A program made the translations under genes and the position numbers. DNA of 62,092 nucleotides, filler included, from Choristocarpus tenellus KU-1152 (taxonomy: Eukaryota; Protista; Phaeophyceae): NCBI GenBank assembly GCA_964200185.2. It is 10 parts of 10 records of this genome, joined end to end, with 100 filler letters (N's around TTAATTAATTAA, not from the genome) between each part and the next. Parts side by side here need not be neighbours in the genome. Positions count along the whole stretch, not along the records: positions 33,030 to 40,733 come from CAXNAD020005720.1; positions 40,834 to 47,507 come from CAXNAD020007598.1; positions 47,608 to 50,456 come from CAXNAD020024216.1; positions 50,557 to 55,233 come from CAXNAD020013502.1; 6 more parts are not named here. One strand, 5' to 3'. A model generated the notes under the pieces. That model was not told the origin of the DNA. It did no database searches and saw nothing but the letters and a program-made list of their open reading frames with translations. Numbering within the stretch: the first letter of the stretch is position 1; each line of letters begins with the position of its first letter. Of this stretch, positions 37,456 through 51,602 are shown one piece after another.

Positions 37456-40400
37456 TCTTGTACAGACGGTGAAGTCAGGAGCCTCTATCACATGCAGCAT
37501 CTATTCCTTTACCTTCTTTTTTTTTCCCCTCTTTCACCCCTCACATTGTATGTTTTTTGTCATACACAACAAGATACAAGAGCTTATTGGAAACTATGAT
37601 GCCTTCTACCAGTATTTTAGTATCCTGTTTGATTGTGTGGGGTTGCAAGGGCCCAGAACTGTTCCCCATGTTCAGCAGATATGTCAGAGACAGTATGTGT
37701 ATAGCTTTCATTGGAGGGAGTGCAGTCACTACAGGAAGATTATGGCACACACAAATCAACTATCATAACATGACAGGGCTTGAACCCTACATAACCTATC
37801 ATAACCCAACTTAACTTGTCATAACCTGGGCCTCGTTCTCCACTCTCCTGAGAGTGAGAGGACAAGGATTGACTTGGAGGGGATCTAGGACATATGCCCA
37901 TCGGGAAACATGGAGATTGAGATAAGGAGTTGTGGACTATGAAAGAAGGGACTGGTGGGATGATGTTGCAAGGACCAAATAGTGCAGTGCCCTGGCCTCC
38001 GATTTCATCAACATATTGTCTATGTACCTCAAAAAGCAGCAGTCTCACCCGGGACTGCCTACCTCGGTGGTATACATGGTGGTGTACAAAAATATCTTGA
38101 GAGATGAAATCAAGGAGAGCTTGGCCTTACCCAATCGATTGCAATAACACCGTGTCAAATTTCCATTATAGTAGAGGACGACAATGACGCCCTTAACGAC
38201 ATTGACTCTCTTAGTAGTACATAGTGGGTTGAATGTTTCAGATGTCTCGATCGAATCGCTCCTATTGAAAGGTGAACACAGATTTGACAAGGCAGGGGAG
38301 GTTTCAGTCGGGGTTAGGATTTCGTTGTATTGATTGAATAAATCAATCCACCATAATATAGAACACTCTGTGTTATGGTTTTACTACTCCATTGATCTAA
38401 GTGTTAGTTAAGGGGTTAGGGTTAGTGCTAGCATTAGGGTTGGGAGTTAGGGTTTACAGTTAGGTACAATATTCTGTAATCACCAATGTAATCATTGTCT
38501 CTATGAATCTGGGCATGATGCACTAATGATGACCTTTGCTTGCTCACTGGGTTATAGGATTGGGAAGTGGAAGGCTCATGCAGAACCTATCTTGTGCACA
38601 GCCCTTGTTGAGAACCCCCCGGTTGTGGCTACTTCAGCCATGGACTGCTTGGTTAAGGTAAACGACAAACACTTTTTTCCCATTTGAAAAATATCCATTT
38701 CATTATTACTTATTCCCCTCCCTAGATATGCCAGAGACAATGCAGAAATTGCATACACATACAGGATGGGGTTCTCAGGATGGGGTTCTCTCTACAACAG
38801 AGTCGGACTGCATTCTGTGCAAGGAGGAATATCTAGTGGAATAATCATGGGATCAGTGCATCCCTAGTGTCAGTGTTTGTGAGATATACCTCCGATTTTT
38901 TGCTCATGTTGAACACTTCAAGTCGAACGAATGAGGGGAGTGTCCGGCACAATGAACTAAAAACAAAATGTGTGTGTATTCACAAAAAAAGAAAAATATA
39001 ACCTTCGATTTTTTTTGTGTTATGTCATGTGTCATGTGTCATGTGTTTGTCAAGCTTAGAGTCTGTAATGCCTTCCCCCCCCTTACCCTGCATGTGTGCA
39101 ATGATGCCAAATATCTGCTTTGAAAAAAACACGCACACATTTTTTCCTTGTTCTAAAAAAAAAGCTGTGGTCTCTGGAGGGAAAGCTCCTTGGTGTTCTC
39201 AGGCCAGGAGAAGGAGGTTTCGAAAGTCCATCATGGGGATTTGAAGTGGATAGGTGAGGATGTCACCGGCACACTGCAGGAATGCTGAATTAGTTATTCG
39301 ATTGCACAGTTCAGTGGTACTAGTAGCAACAATCCACATTCGTGTCTAGCACAACACCAAATATACTTAACAGACAGAGGACAGACAGCAATTGTCCAGA
39401 TTTGTTAAACCCAGAACAACATTGACAAACACAAATATACGAATGCCTGTACAATTTATATAAAAGTACACAGTTACAATAGGCAGCAGCATGGCTGGCT
39501 TCTTGATGATTGACTGCTTGTTGAAGTTAGGGAAATATGGAGGTGTTCAAATATGTGATGTGATTGATGATGGTGAGGCATATGAAATGGTAGAGGAGAA
39601 TAAGCCAAGTGGCAAACCGGAGACGGAACAAGGTGATGATATGGAACCTGATCGAACATATCACTGGAGGGTGTGCTCAAGGGGATAGATAATAGCAAAG
39701 AAGGTGTTTCTTGAGCGGCATTGGACTTCACCCATACTGCTAAACCGTTCATGCTGAACTAACTAATCAAACCTAAATACCAGAACCCCGTCCCCCCGTA
39801 TCAGCAGTGTCTTCAAACTCACTCAAATCCCTTCCACAAAACTAATGAGAAAACATAATTATCTGATGGATGGTAGATCAGCCACTAGTTACGCTTGAGC
39901 AGTGACCCCTAACAACGTCTTTAGAAATCTCAGCAACTATCATAATACTTCCTCCGTTTGGAATTAAATGTAACGCAAATTTTGCAAGTCCCATTCTTTT
40001 CCGGGAACAACTCACCTGTTAAGCCCTCTGAACGAGGATTAGTTCTCATATATATTGGGAAGGGTGCAAAGTTTGAGAGGGTGAGCTGTCATAACTGTGG
40101 AGGACCACCAGAACAAAGTCAACCAGGTTACATTTGATGTCTGGCAGAGTCTCCTCACAATCTGCAGTGAAGTGCTGGGGTCATGGTATTCATACTTGGC
40201 ACACAAGCAATGAATGATACATGGAATATATATTTATATACATATGCAGAGTATATATACGGAGAGAGTCTTACGAGCCAAGAGGTACATACATGTCTTG
40301 CATTGTAAGAACTCCCAGAATTTTCTTTTATTTAATACACCATTTTTGTAAATGGGGCTTTGTTCAAGTCTTTTTTTTTTGTCAGTCTTCTACAGTGACA

Positions 40401-40943
40401 CCTTTATTCTTAGAGGCTTCAATATTATGGTAGCATGTCCTGTTTCTTCCAAAAAGTACTGTTACCGTACTGTACCAATTGAGAAACCGTAGACAATATC
40501 GCACATCTAAATGTCAATATGTCCACAAAAATCGCGAAATTATGATACGATATTAAGGTTCTTTTCGGTGACTACGCAAGTGGCATTGTCTCGACGTGTC
40601 ATGTGCTTTAAACTAGCGTCACCAGGGAGATGGACACAAACGGGTTTGTTGGATTATTGGGATGCCTCCCTAGTTCCCCCCCCCCCCGAGCCCCAGGAGT
40701 AGGTATCAAGTAATCACACGAAGCCAGTCGTGCNNNNNNNNNNNNNNNNNNNNNNNNNNNNNNNNNNNNNNNNNNNNTTAATTAATTAANNNNNNNNNNN
40801 NNNNNNNNNNNNNNNNNNNNNNNNNNNNNNNNNCCACAAAAAATCCAACAAACACCCCCCAAGCCAAAACCAGTACCAACGTTAGCCCCCCCCCCCCCCC
40901 CCCCCCCCCCCCACAATTGTCCCACCCTCACCACCCCACAAAC

Positions 40944-42317
40944 CTGGCGAGGGGCCTCGTTGAGGAAGTGGTTGTCCATGTCATGGGCCCCATCCAAAAA
41001 TGCCTTTGCAATGTCAAATCCGTAGTGGAGAGCCAGCGGAAGGATTCCCACAGCGGAACACACGCTGTAGCGACCACCCACCCAGTCCCAAAAGCCAAAA
41101 ATGTTCGCAGGGTTGATCCCAAATGCTTGGCATTTGGCATCGCTTGTGCTGACCGCCACCTGTGGGAACATTTCGAGACAAAAAGAGGTACATCAAATCA
41201 GGGGCTCCGCACATTTGACACTGGAGGGGAACAAAATAACGGTGTAGTGGTTGGCTGTTGGCACCTCTAGTTTCGAGGGTGTGAAGAATCAGAATAATTC
41301 ATCTTCAAGGTAGGCTGTTGTGTGTATGTGCAGCGATATTTATTGAATGCCTCTTGAGACTCTTAGTGACTAAAAAAAAGTTATTTCCACTATTCTAATT
41401 GCTTGTTTGGAATAGGAGTACATTTATCTGTGAACAATTTGCAGCAGTTAATCCTGTCGAAAATCACAGAAAAAATAACTGTAAATGTGCCAAGCAAGTA
41501 AGACTACCGGAACAACATGACTTGAAAATAGACAGCATTTGGTCTTTTCCCCTTGTTCACTCCTGCAAAGGGATAGCCGTATACATGCACATACTAAAAT
41601 GTACTACTATCAATATCGCATTCTGAGCTTTGAATTGTGGAAAGGGTCAACACAATCTCAGGAGGAAGCAATGGGTGATGAAACACTAACTTTGGCTGTA
41701 ACAAAATCTACCTGCATAAAAATTGGAAGGTGTGAACAAGTACCGCTTCGCATCTTTGAACAAAAACAAAAAACAAGATCAGAAGTCTATCCTTCATAAA
41801 CGCTTCTCTCATAAATATAACTATGTTCATCCTCTTTTGACCCCCCCTACCCTCCCCACCCTCTTGCTCACAATGTGCTGACCAGTGATGACTGATGATG
41901 TGGCCTTTCCCTTCATGGAGGTCAGCAGCCAGTCCCTGACCGTCTTGGCATTGAGCATGGTCTCTGCAGTGGTGAAGGTCTTGCTCACCACCACCATTAG
42001 AGTCTCCTCCGGATCCAGCCTGGCAAAAGCAGTACCAGTTAGTGGTGAGGTGAAGGGGGTATGGTGAATTGTGTGAATACACTCAAAAATGTCGTTTGCA
42101 AAGCACACTCATAAATACACACACACACATATGCGCATATAAGGTGATTTGTGTGGGCGCTAGTTTGTACATAACAACGTAATAACTATGAGTACAAAAA
42201 TGCCTATCTTGTCTAACAGACAGGGATGGGTAAAAAGCAATTGTAAGACAGAACAGCAAGCAATACCCTCAGGACTGTGTTAAGGTAGTATGTCACGCAG
42301 TAAAAAAGTAACACCAA

Positions 42318-42352
<35 letters not shown>

Positions 42353-44418
42353 TTTCCCAAAAAACCACACCCTCCCCNNNNNNNNNNCCATCTCCCAACT
42401 TCCTCATTTCAAAGCAAACACACCCTTCGATTGCCCTGGCTACATCAACAGGATCAACATTAGCAAGGAAGCGAAGCACTCGTCCAGAGGCAGCAGCAGC
42501 AGCAGTCTTCTCTGTCCGGAGTGCCTCATACACAAACTCAGGCCCCAGGTAGGACCCCCCTGTCATCATGATCACATAAGCGGAGCACCAGCGGCCCCAC
42601 AAAAAGGCTCGCATCAGTTCAGCCAGTACAAAAATTAAAACCTGAAACCCAAGGCGTTTTCACATCCCCCTTTCCCCTCTCTCAAATCATAAGCTCAACT
42701 AAAACCATTACATCACTTTCCTAGAGCAATCATCACTCTGGAATGGAAGGCGTGTTTCTATGCGTGTGCCAAAAACCCCTCCTCACCACAAAAACCGTGA
42801 ACGACAAAAAGATTTTTTTCAATGCAAAAGCAAAAATATAAACCACGATTTTATCCCCAGGAGTTGAGCTGTCAGTTGTAACTGCGTAACCGTGATCAGA
42901 CTCCCTAACCCTAACCCCAAGGCACTAGAGAGGGTTAGTTCAGTGCTGCAACGTGACAAACCAGCAATTCACCCTCATCAAAAACTCTTGCAGGGATTGG
43001 ACTAAGTTGTACCAGAGGAGGAAGCATGCAGGAAAAGAAAAGAAAAAGCACTCCCGATTTGCTGCATGCCTCTAGTTCCACACTTGGCACATCATGTGAA
43101 TGAAAATATTCAAAATTTGTTCTTCCCGAACGAACTTAACACATCTATATTTTATAAAAACAGAAATCAGGATGTCACTGTTACATCTCCTTGAACAAAA
43201 AACGTGCCTGCTAGAAGTAGATGGATCAAGCATTCTGGGATTTGAACTCTCAACTTCCACACCATCGGCCTTGAATAACCGTACAAAATAACCCTTTCCG
43301 TTTATCAGAGGATAGCTGGCCCCTCTTGGAGCAAAATACAAACAAGTACCCTCCTGGAAAACTTTGGTATAGAACATATATAGTGCCTGATTTTTTTTCT
43401 TTGGTATTACGCAGTATGAAGTGGCCAAAAACACACTCCTGCAATAGGAAAAATTTATCATTTTGAAGTATACTTCAACTCAACTCAACAAGCACAAAAA
43501 CAAAACAAAAAATGAGAGACAATAATACAAGAAGCACATCCAAAACAAATTACTGCACAAAAATCCCCTACCAATGCCAATGGAAATTATGTTCTTGAGC
43601 GGCTTCCCCGTGCATCCTTTGAAAGCCCCCGACCTCATTCGCGCAGAGAAATCAGAAATCTTGTCCAGAACGGCATGTACCTCGGGGACAACGTTCTTTC
43701 CGTCCAAGTTGATCACCTAAAGTCCAAATATGTGTGAGTAAAAAGTGAACATATGTGTTGTGTGTGTGTGTGTGTTTGTGTGCTGTCTGCCTGTATGGAG
43801 AAAACTGGCTCAAATGCCAGCCAATCCTTGATGAATAATACTTCAAGCTGTAGAGTGCCTCATAAGTAAAGGTGCAATGTGATGTTGAAATAGTATCAGC
43901 CATGGAAAAATGAACCCCCCCCAAACAATCCACTAAACACACAAAACATTCAACAAACAGCATTGCAGTACCAGGTATTGCAACAAAGGAACCAATCACA
44001 TGATGCTTTCCATGCCTGAAATACACACACACATACATTTATATGACACGCATTGCTCAGATGTGCATAATACATATATCTTGAACGCTAAAAATAACAC
44101 AAAATCTCTAAATGAGAGGACTCAACTTTCTCAATAGGCTACATCATGGAAGTGAGAGCACAAGTGTTTGACTAATTATAATAAAATACAACAAAACCTA
44201 TATATTAACCGACATGAATAATAAATACAATGCATCGTAGCACAATCTAAGTCAGAAACGAGTTCCTTCTCTCAGAAGGAGGGGGTGGGTGGGTGGGGGG
44301 GGGAAAACTCACTGCATCTCGGGGCGCCCTAAGCGCCACATGNNNNNNNNNNATAAAAACAAAAAAAAAAAAAAAATACTCCAGAAGAAAAAAGATGAAG
44401 GGAAAAAGGTGTGTCTGT

Positions 44419-44455
<37 letters not shown>

Positions 44456-45867
44456 AAACTCACTGCATCTCGGGGCGCCCTAAGCGCCACATGCAGTACA
44501 GCCCTATTCTCAGTATTGTTGATCTTCTCACCACTGAACATGGCTGACCTTTTTCGGCCCAACTCCGCTGCCTCAGCTAGGTTGAACAGCATGTCCTGGC
44601 AGTGAGCAAATCAGGACAGATGTGAGCCTTAGGTCAAGGGAAGAGCAACACTAAGGCCTCACTACTAAAGAGAACACGCAGTAAAACGAAATGGTACCAT
44701 GAGTTCAACGCTCAGATATTGGAAAGCAGGTTGGTTGAAAGATAAGTTCAGTCCACTCAGGTCTACAAAATGTCCCTTGCCCTGTGGCTTCACTATAAAC
44801 TGGGGTCATATCTCGCTTCGTCACTGGTCGACAAGTACATTAAAACTATCGTTACAGTTTATTACTCCTGTACAAATCACTAGGTAAAGTTTTGTTATTC
44901 CCAGCAGTACACTTTGTAGAATTGAAAGTATGATGATTGATACCCATGTACTTAATCCCTCATCAATCTTTCATGGGTGACAGCTGTAGACCAACTCCAA
45001 ATGGTATTGATGTATCTGTTCATAGCCCTAGCTCTGTGGCCTTATCCTTGCACTCCGTTATAGTTGTGGCTACATATATCTCGTACGAAGGAAGCAAAAC
45101 GTAGGGGAACGAGATGATCTGACAATGGGATTTCGGAGGTGGTGCGATCTCCTCTCCTGCTACAACTTGAAATGTGTACCTTGGAGTGAGTTTCGACTTG
45201 ATGTGATGTAATCTGTATGAAGTAGGGGGTTTACGGAGGTGTCTCTTCTTGATTGAGGGGGAAACAGGAGTATCACCTATATCCCTTCTCACCATTGTTT
45301 CATTGGTGACCCTCTGGCGAGAGTAGTCCAGTAGGATACCGTTGCTTTCAGCTGTAAGGGCAGAACAGCGTTCAGCATCCTCCATGAGGTTGCGAAGGTG
45401 AGTCCCCTGCATCACCGCCGCATGCTCACTCAGGGTGGCCCAGGCTGCGGTTTCGTGAACTTTTGGGAGAGATGGGAAGGGTGGAAGGAAGGTAGGTAGT
45501 CTGGTTACTGGAGCGGGGCAATACCCCACAAACATGTATAATGAACATGCTCAGAGGACCACACATAAGAAGCTAAGGTGGGCAGGCAAGCGAGGTTGGT
45601 AGGGGAACGAAGAAGCTTTAATGATTCAGAGGATTCCATTCATCACAGTTTTAGTCCACCGCGACGATAACTGCAGGATTTCCATCACTGTGCCAAAAAG
45701 ATATGCAGGAGAACACCATCAAGATCAACACTATATCTGCGTTCACATGGATGTCCTTCCATTCACGCCCAAAGAAGACGATGAATTGCACCCAATATAC
45801 AAAAGCCTTGGCCCAATTGATACCAGGTCATTCAGAGAGTTACTACTATCACCCTTGTACCTGCCAT
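40944..45867 (-). CDS. GPI: Glucose-6-phosphate isomerase, cytosolic type; 3' part missing at contig end
   Basis: In-frame GT-AG exons 45861-45867 (inferred 7-nt ATGGCAG), 45293-45459, 44464-44595, 43572-43716, 42424-42559, 41872-42019 and 40944-41159. They give hallmark motifs [46 protein letters not shown] and [16 protein letters not shown]. Confidence 0.97.
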
Positions 45868-47147
45868 AACTACGAAGTGCTGACGAGACTTCTCTAAGAA
45901 AACGTGACCGTCCAAAGTCGAGAGATCGAGCACCAGGTTTTAACTGCAAGACTCGACCAAGAGGAAGGTCAATCAGGGTGGAGTGAAATGTCCCTATCAG
46001 TACAAGTTGTGTTTCACAGTAGCTCGAATGGAAAGACCTGGTGTTGGATGTAAACTATGAATTAGAGGATCAAATATCTAAATATCAATAATGACGATCA
46101 CAAAAAATACTGGAAACGTTGGTTGTAAATTAATTTTTTCGTTTCGACCCGATTGCTGACCATCGGCAGATCTGATTGTCGGGAAAATGAGATATTTTTT
46201 GACATTCCACCACATTTTGAATCTTAGACGTTTAGTGGATCTATGTAGCAATTCTTGTACCATGAATGATTCCTATTCTAAATCTACTAATAATATACTA
46301 TTTACTGTAACTGCTTTTTTTGTACATATTATGTGGGTGTTGGGTTTTGTTGTTGTAATTATGTAATTTTCTTGCAATTATCACCAAGTTCCACACATAA
46401 TCGACCATAAACCCGTACTTTACTATTTGACTATCAACTATACTGCACCACTCCCCTCATATGCTTCCAACCTAGTTTAGCCCTACACCACAGGGCGGGG
46501 AGCTAGGGAAACACCGCAAAAATCTGACAGGCCCCACCTTGCCCATCTCCCCGTCTCCAGTTTAAAACACATGACACGTCTCGATAGAGTCACTTGAATT
46601 GTAACAGACACTATATGTTGTCTGGATTTGACAGGTCCTTTCCTCCTGTAGCCTGCCGTCCCTCTCCCCCCTGCCCGTGTGTAGCCAACTCATCCCAAAA
46701 ACTTTCTGCTTGCTTACCGAGGAACCCAAAACTTTCCACCGTCAAGGTGTTGATGTTAAAACTAAGTTAAATCACACCAGAGGTGATCACAATGAATCGT
46801 ATCTACGATTCAATGAACCACAATATATTATTATTATTATACTGACAGTTCAATTTTATTTTTTTCTCCATCACCCCTTCCATACATATATCTGGGTCTC
46901 TCAACTAATTCTAAGAATTGAAACAATTATCCAAGTTCCAACCAGACAATAGCCAAACCAATTGAGAGGGACACAGAGTTGCATTTTAAGGATGGTGGGC
47001 AAGGGAAAGAACATGCCATTTCGTACAATTTTAGAAAGAGCCTTTGCTGAATTGTGGTGTCCCTCTGTCCAGGAAAAGGGGAATATCAATTTTGCGTACA
47101 CTATTGTGCACATAGAGCAATGAAATAGAGTAGATTAGACAGGTTAA

Positions 47148-47297
47148 GAGTCAAGCCATTTCAGAGGGTAGAGCCACGTCCTTTTGGGGTCCAAGAGCCA
47201 ATGTTGCGATTTTGATATAATTTTGGCTATCGTATTCGTTAGGAAGTGTCAATACCCTTGTTCCAGATGCACATTCCATAGTCGAGTACATTTTAGG
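47148..47297 (-). mobile_element. MITE family A partial copy
   Basis: Begins GAGTCAAG..AGAGGGTAGAGCC and matches the reverse complement of the right half of 61173-61429. Confidence 0.75.
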
Positions 47298-47307
47298 TAA
47301 CTATGTT

Positions 47308-47485
47308 AGCTCCAAGTATCTGGGGGGGGGGTGACGGCTGTCCATTTGGGTCCCATTTTTCCATGTTGCGATTTTGGGAAATCTGGTTGCATGCGTCTGA
47401 TGGAAAATATAAGAGCACTTTTCCTGGTCAGGGCCTGAATAGACGCCCTGGTGTAGACCCCCCCCCCCCCAATATACTTTGAGCC
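47308..47485 (-). mobile_element. MITE family B copy
   Basis: Reverse-complement match to 5783-5966. Flanks TGTT/TGTC form a near 4-bp TSD. Confidence 0.85.
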
Positions 47486-47607
47486 TGTCACACAGAAAAC
47501 CGAAAAGNNNNNNNNNNNNNNNNNNNNNNNNNNNNNNNNNNNNNNNNNNNNTTAATTAATTAANNNNNNNNNNNNNNNNNNNNNNNNNNNNNNNNNNNNN
47601 NNNNNNN

Positions 47608-47773
47608 GTCAGGGGTGTGGGGGGTTTTTGTGAGGGGGCGTCCATTTCGGTCGAACTCTTTTTTTTGCTTACATTTCAAACCCGACACGTGCGACCAAAT
47701 CACACCAAAAAAGTGAAAATCGAAAAAAGGGTGAAAAACGGACACCGACACCCTCCCCCCGATACTTTGACCC
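47608..47773 (+). mobile_element. MITE family B-related variant
   Basis: Ends in a poly-C tract plus GATACTTTGACCC. Similar ends at 33030-33052 and 50557-50588; related internal piece at 48040-48120. Confidence 0.55.
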
Positions 47774-48360
47774 TTGCAATCAATCATCAAGAGGGAACAG
47801 GAGAAGGATCAGCAGAGGTATGTAGGGGTGAGGGTGTGTGATTAAGGGTAGGAAAGAGCCATCTAAACTCAATAAATTTACCACACGACACAAAAGAGAA
47901 CATAAACACTGAAACAACAGCAATATAACAAAAAAGCTTCTCAAATTCCTTCAAGGTAAGGGAGGGGTAGTACCAATTTTTCAGGGGCATCTATCCGATG
48001 GGACCCTAACAACATCACAGAACCCCCCNNNNNNNNNNATTTGAAATGTCAGGGAAAAAGAGAGCTGTTTGACCGAAATGAACCCCCCCTCACAAACCCC
48101 CCCCCCCCCCCCCCCCCTTTTGGTTCCATGTACACAATCACCAATCACATTCACTCGCGCATCTCAACAACCAATCGGACAATCTGCATCCCAAAACAAC
48201 CATCAAGAGCCCTCGACAACTAGAGCTTCAGAACAAAAAGATGGAACACACAAGCAAGGCGCAGCGAGGGGGGGAGGGGGAGAGACTTCAACCGGCGGCA
48301 GACCAGACACAGGGCAAGTCACAGAAAGGGCAGCAAGTCACAAGCCTTCCTACCACTCAC

Positions 48361-48612
48361 CGTGTTGAGCTTGGATACCCCACGTGGGTTGAGCACAAGC
48401 GCTACAGCAAGACCCTCAGGGACATTGTGCACTGCAAGGGTAGCCGAGATGAGAAATCCCAAGCGTGCGCCCTTGGCCCCACCGAAGGATACACCAATGC
48501 CCACGCCCTCCGAAAACGAGTGCAAGGTCATGACAAAAACAATAAGGAGGACCTTTTTCGCATCAACGCCCTGCAGCTCCCCTACCTTTAGGTCCTCGTG
48601 CTTGTCTAATAT
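48361..48612 (-). CDS. Internal exon of a ZIP-family (GufA/ZupT-like) metal transporter
   Basis: 252-bp AG/GT exon: [65 protein letters not shown]. Contains the ZIP TM4 (HSFSEG) and TM5 (HNVPEG) motifs. Confidence 0.92.
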
Positions 48613-51602
48613 CTAAAAATGGTGGGGGGAAGGGGGGGTTGTTGCATGATGCAGATTATTATTCCTTCCAAGCAGCTCAAAATCCAACACTACCTAGAAG
48701 CGTGGGTAAACGGTTGGAGCTGCTCTTGTGTAATAACAATAAATACATAGACAGACATATACAAGTACATAGTGACAAGAGACTTACAGAGTACAGCTGC
48801 ATCAAAAAAGACCAGAAAGATTTAAGATAAAATAAAATATGACAATAGAGGGTACAATGGTTGTAGACGGTAAAAATACAATGCAGGAGAGAGCGGAAGT
48901 CTCACCCAAACATCAGTAACATTTTTTTTTTAAATCTAGAACCATATTTTCCACGAGCAAACATTCTCAAAAGGACACAAAAAACACACACACACACAAC
49001 TGCTTGTGTCTCCTATCACAGGTACCCCCTGAAATATTGTATCGTCTCCCTTCTGCTTGGGGTCATTTAATCAAACATTTATTGCACTTCATGCCCTCTT
49101 CCGAGAGCGAACTTCCCACATCCGATAAAGGTAAAATCTATCCAAACGATTGAAGAACCCCTGTCCTTGAAGGGTGTATATTAGAAAGGATCTCACATAA
49201 CTGGTGATGCTACATCGGTGATCTGCTCCCTCATCTTTCCGAATGCTCACTTCTTGTATCACATACAAAAATACGCAAGCGTACAAATACACGACCACTA
49301 CAAATACTTGAGGATCACACAAGGTGCCACTACAATCTTACTGAATGCTACCTTCACTGACAAACAAGACCACACGACTCTTTACAAAAGTAACCATCAC
49401 ACTCCAACCCTAACCCTAGCCTGACAAGACGTCCGACATCTTGCCAGTGAGAGTTCAAACAGTCACCTCAAAATGCAAGAGCTCACGGGCAGATTATGCT
49501 GAAACTGAAATACAATGACACCTCTGGGGACGGTCAGTAATGCTCACGGAGTTACAGCATATGGTGAAGAGAGGAGAGTGAGAGGCAGGGGGGGACCGAG
49601 CAAGGCACACTCTCTAGAACTCCCTGCAATACCTTCTCCTTGGCAATCACAAATCTGACAATCATTAAATTACTGTGTAAAGCATACATGTAGAAAAATC
49701 TAAGAACCATCTTTGAAACGTGTTCTCAGAATGTAGCAAATGCGGAATACTCTTCAAAGATAATTCTTGGAAAATACCAGATGCGAGGCAGTGAGCAAAC
49801 ATGCAAAACCAAGCAGCAGATGTAATGCAAATAGAGCTGGTTAGAGCAGGTGCAACACATAGCAAATAATTAACAACTGGGTGGCATAGAGAGTTGACCT
49901 GAGCACACACATGCCTAGACCAACAGAGGAGTCGGAACCAGAAATTCAAAAACACTTAAGGGATGGGACAGCGATCAAACCCGCAATATCAAGAGTCGAA
50001 AACAACGACTAGGAAGAGTCAGCAGAAGCAGCTGTCAATCAGTACGGTTCGTATAATAAAGAATAGAAATCTGAACCGAGCCCTACCTTCAAAAAAAAAA
50101 AGAAGAATCACTAGGGCAACATACCCGTCAGAACAAGAGCCAGTAGGAATTTTTTATATTGGCATCCTACATACAAAAATCACTTAGTTTTTATTCCACT
50201 CAGTAGTACTAGTACAAACACATTAAGGATGTGCACGGCATCAGGAACATAAGTTTGAACAAATACACAGAATCATATCATATCGTAGCAACACCTGCGT
50301 GGAATAAAATACCAACAGGATGGGCACCGACACAGCCTTCAAAAAAACAACTCCACCAAGGATACACTCAACACAAGCCTTCCGCACCCATCATTTGTAC
50401 CACTGCTGGGGAAGTAGTCCTGGCACAAGCGCTGTCACAGGTGTACACCATACTAGNNNNNNNNNNNNNNNNNNNNNNNNNNNNNNNNNNNNNNNNNNNN
50501 TTAATTAATTAANNNNNNNNNNNNNNNNNNNNNNNNNNNNNNNNNNNNNNNNNNNNGTCCCCCCCCCCCCCCCCCAGATAATTGAGTCAGTTTGCCTTAC
50601 CAAAGGAAATACTTTATAGTGAGTCAAAGTAAACGTGAGGCATCCAGAATATTTTCTGAGGTTCTATCGAAAAGTCTTGAATAATAGAGAAATCAACAGT
50701 CTCAAGCCAAACTTAGCAGTCATCACATAGAAATATGGGCCAATTGCAAAAAAAAAAAACTAGCCTAAACTGTAAAACGGCCAAACTTGGGTACTTCTCG
50801 TTTACTCTGGCTCAGTACAAGTCAGAAAGATCCCAGCTTCAAGTAACTTCCAAACCTCCCCTGCCAAGTGATGCGCCATAATATACTCCATGGTATATTT
50901 TTGTATGGGTCAAGGAGTAAGACATTTTTTCCTTTCAAGGCTATTTAAAATAATTTACAACCTCCTCTTTGTGGTGTGTTTTCAATAGCAGGACAACCTA
51001 GCGGTAGGCAGGAGACTGATACGGTGCAGTTCTAATATTGCAAGACACCTAGAGTACCTAACTATCTTATGTCCATTTTCACTCCAATAGTAAACGCAAC
51101 CCTTTCAAGCGCAGGCAGAGCACATTCCGGGCAAATTATATTTCCCATTTAACATAGAGTAGACATATCAGAGTCAAGGGCCCGGCCATGAATTGAGAAT
51201 GTTTGGTCTGGAGAAGCTTCAAGTGTGTTTCAATAACACATTTTGAAGCTGTTGGAATGGATTCCCCATTAGCATCAAACTTAAAAATAGCTCTCAATTC
51301 TTGACCTTCTGCTCATGATTCGTGCTTCTCCTAACATCAATAATATTAGTATTTTGTCAAATAAGTGTGCAACAGAGCTCTAGAAAATTAATGTATTGCA
51401 CTGCTTTTGTGAGATGATTCCTTTGATATGACCTGTTAGAAACCTGTATGTCTATACTACCCTTTGGGAACCATACTCCACATGCAAGTGAAGCGTAGAT
51501 AAAAAACGTAAGTACAATACATACTACTCCAGAGTACAACATAAATAGAAGAATTAAGTGGAATATAATATTGTCATCCTAGGGCTAAGAAAAATATCAG
51601 AC

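Noticed and set aside
37990-38050. RT-like FLRYIDNMLM on the minus strand
   Set aside because: Isolated motif preceded by a stop, with no other RT blocks nearby.
44296-44342. Duplicate of the 3' end of GPI exon 3, suggesting an alternative exon
   Set aside because: Identical sequence next to a 10-N gap and poly-G tracts; most likely a scaffolding overlap artefact.
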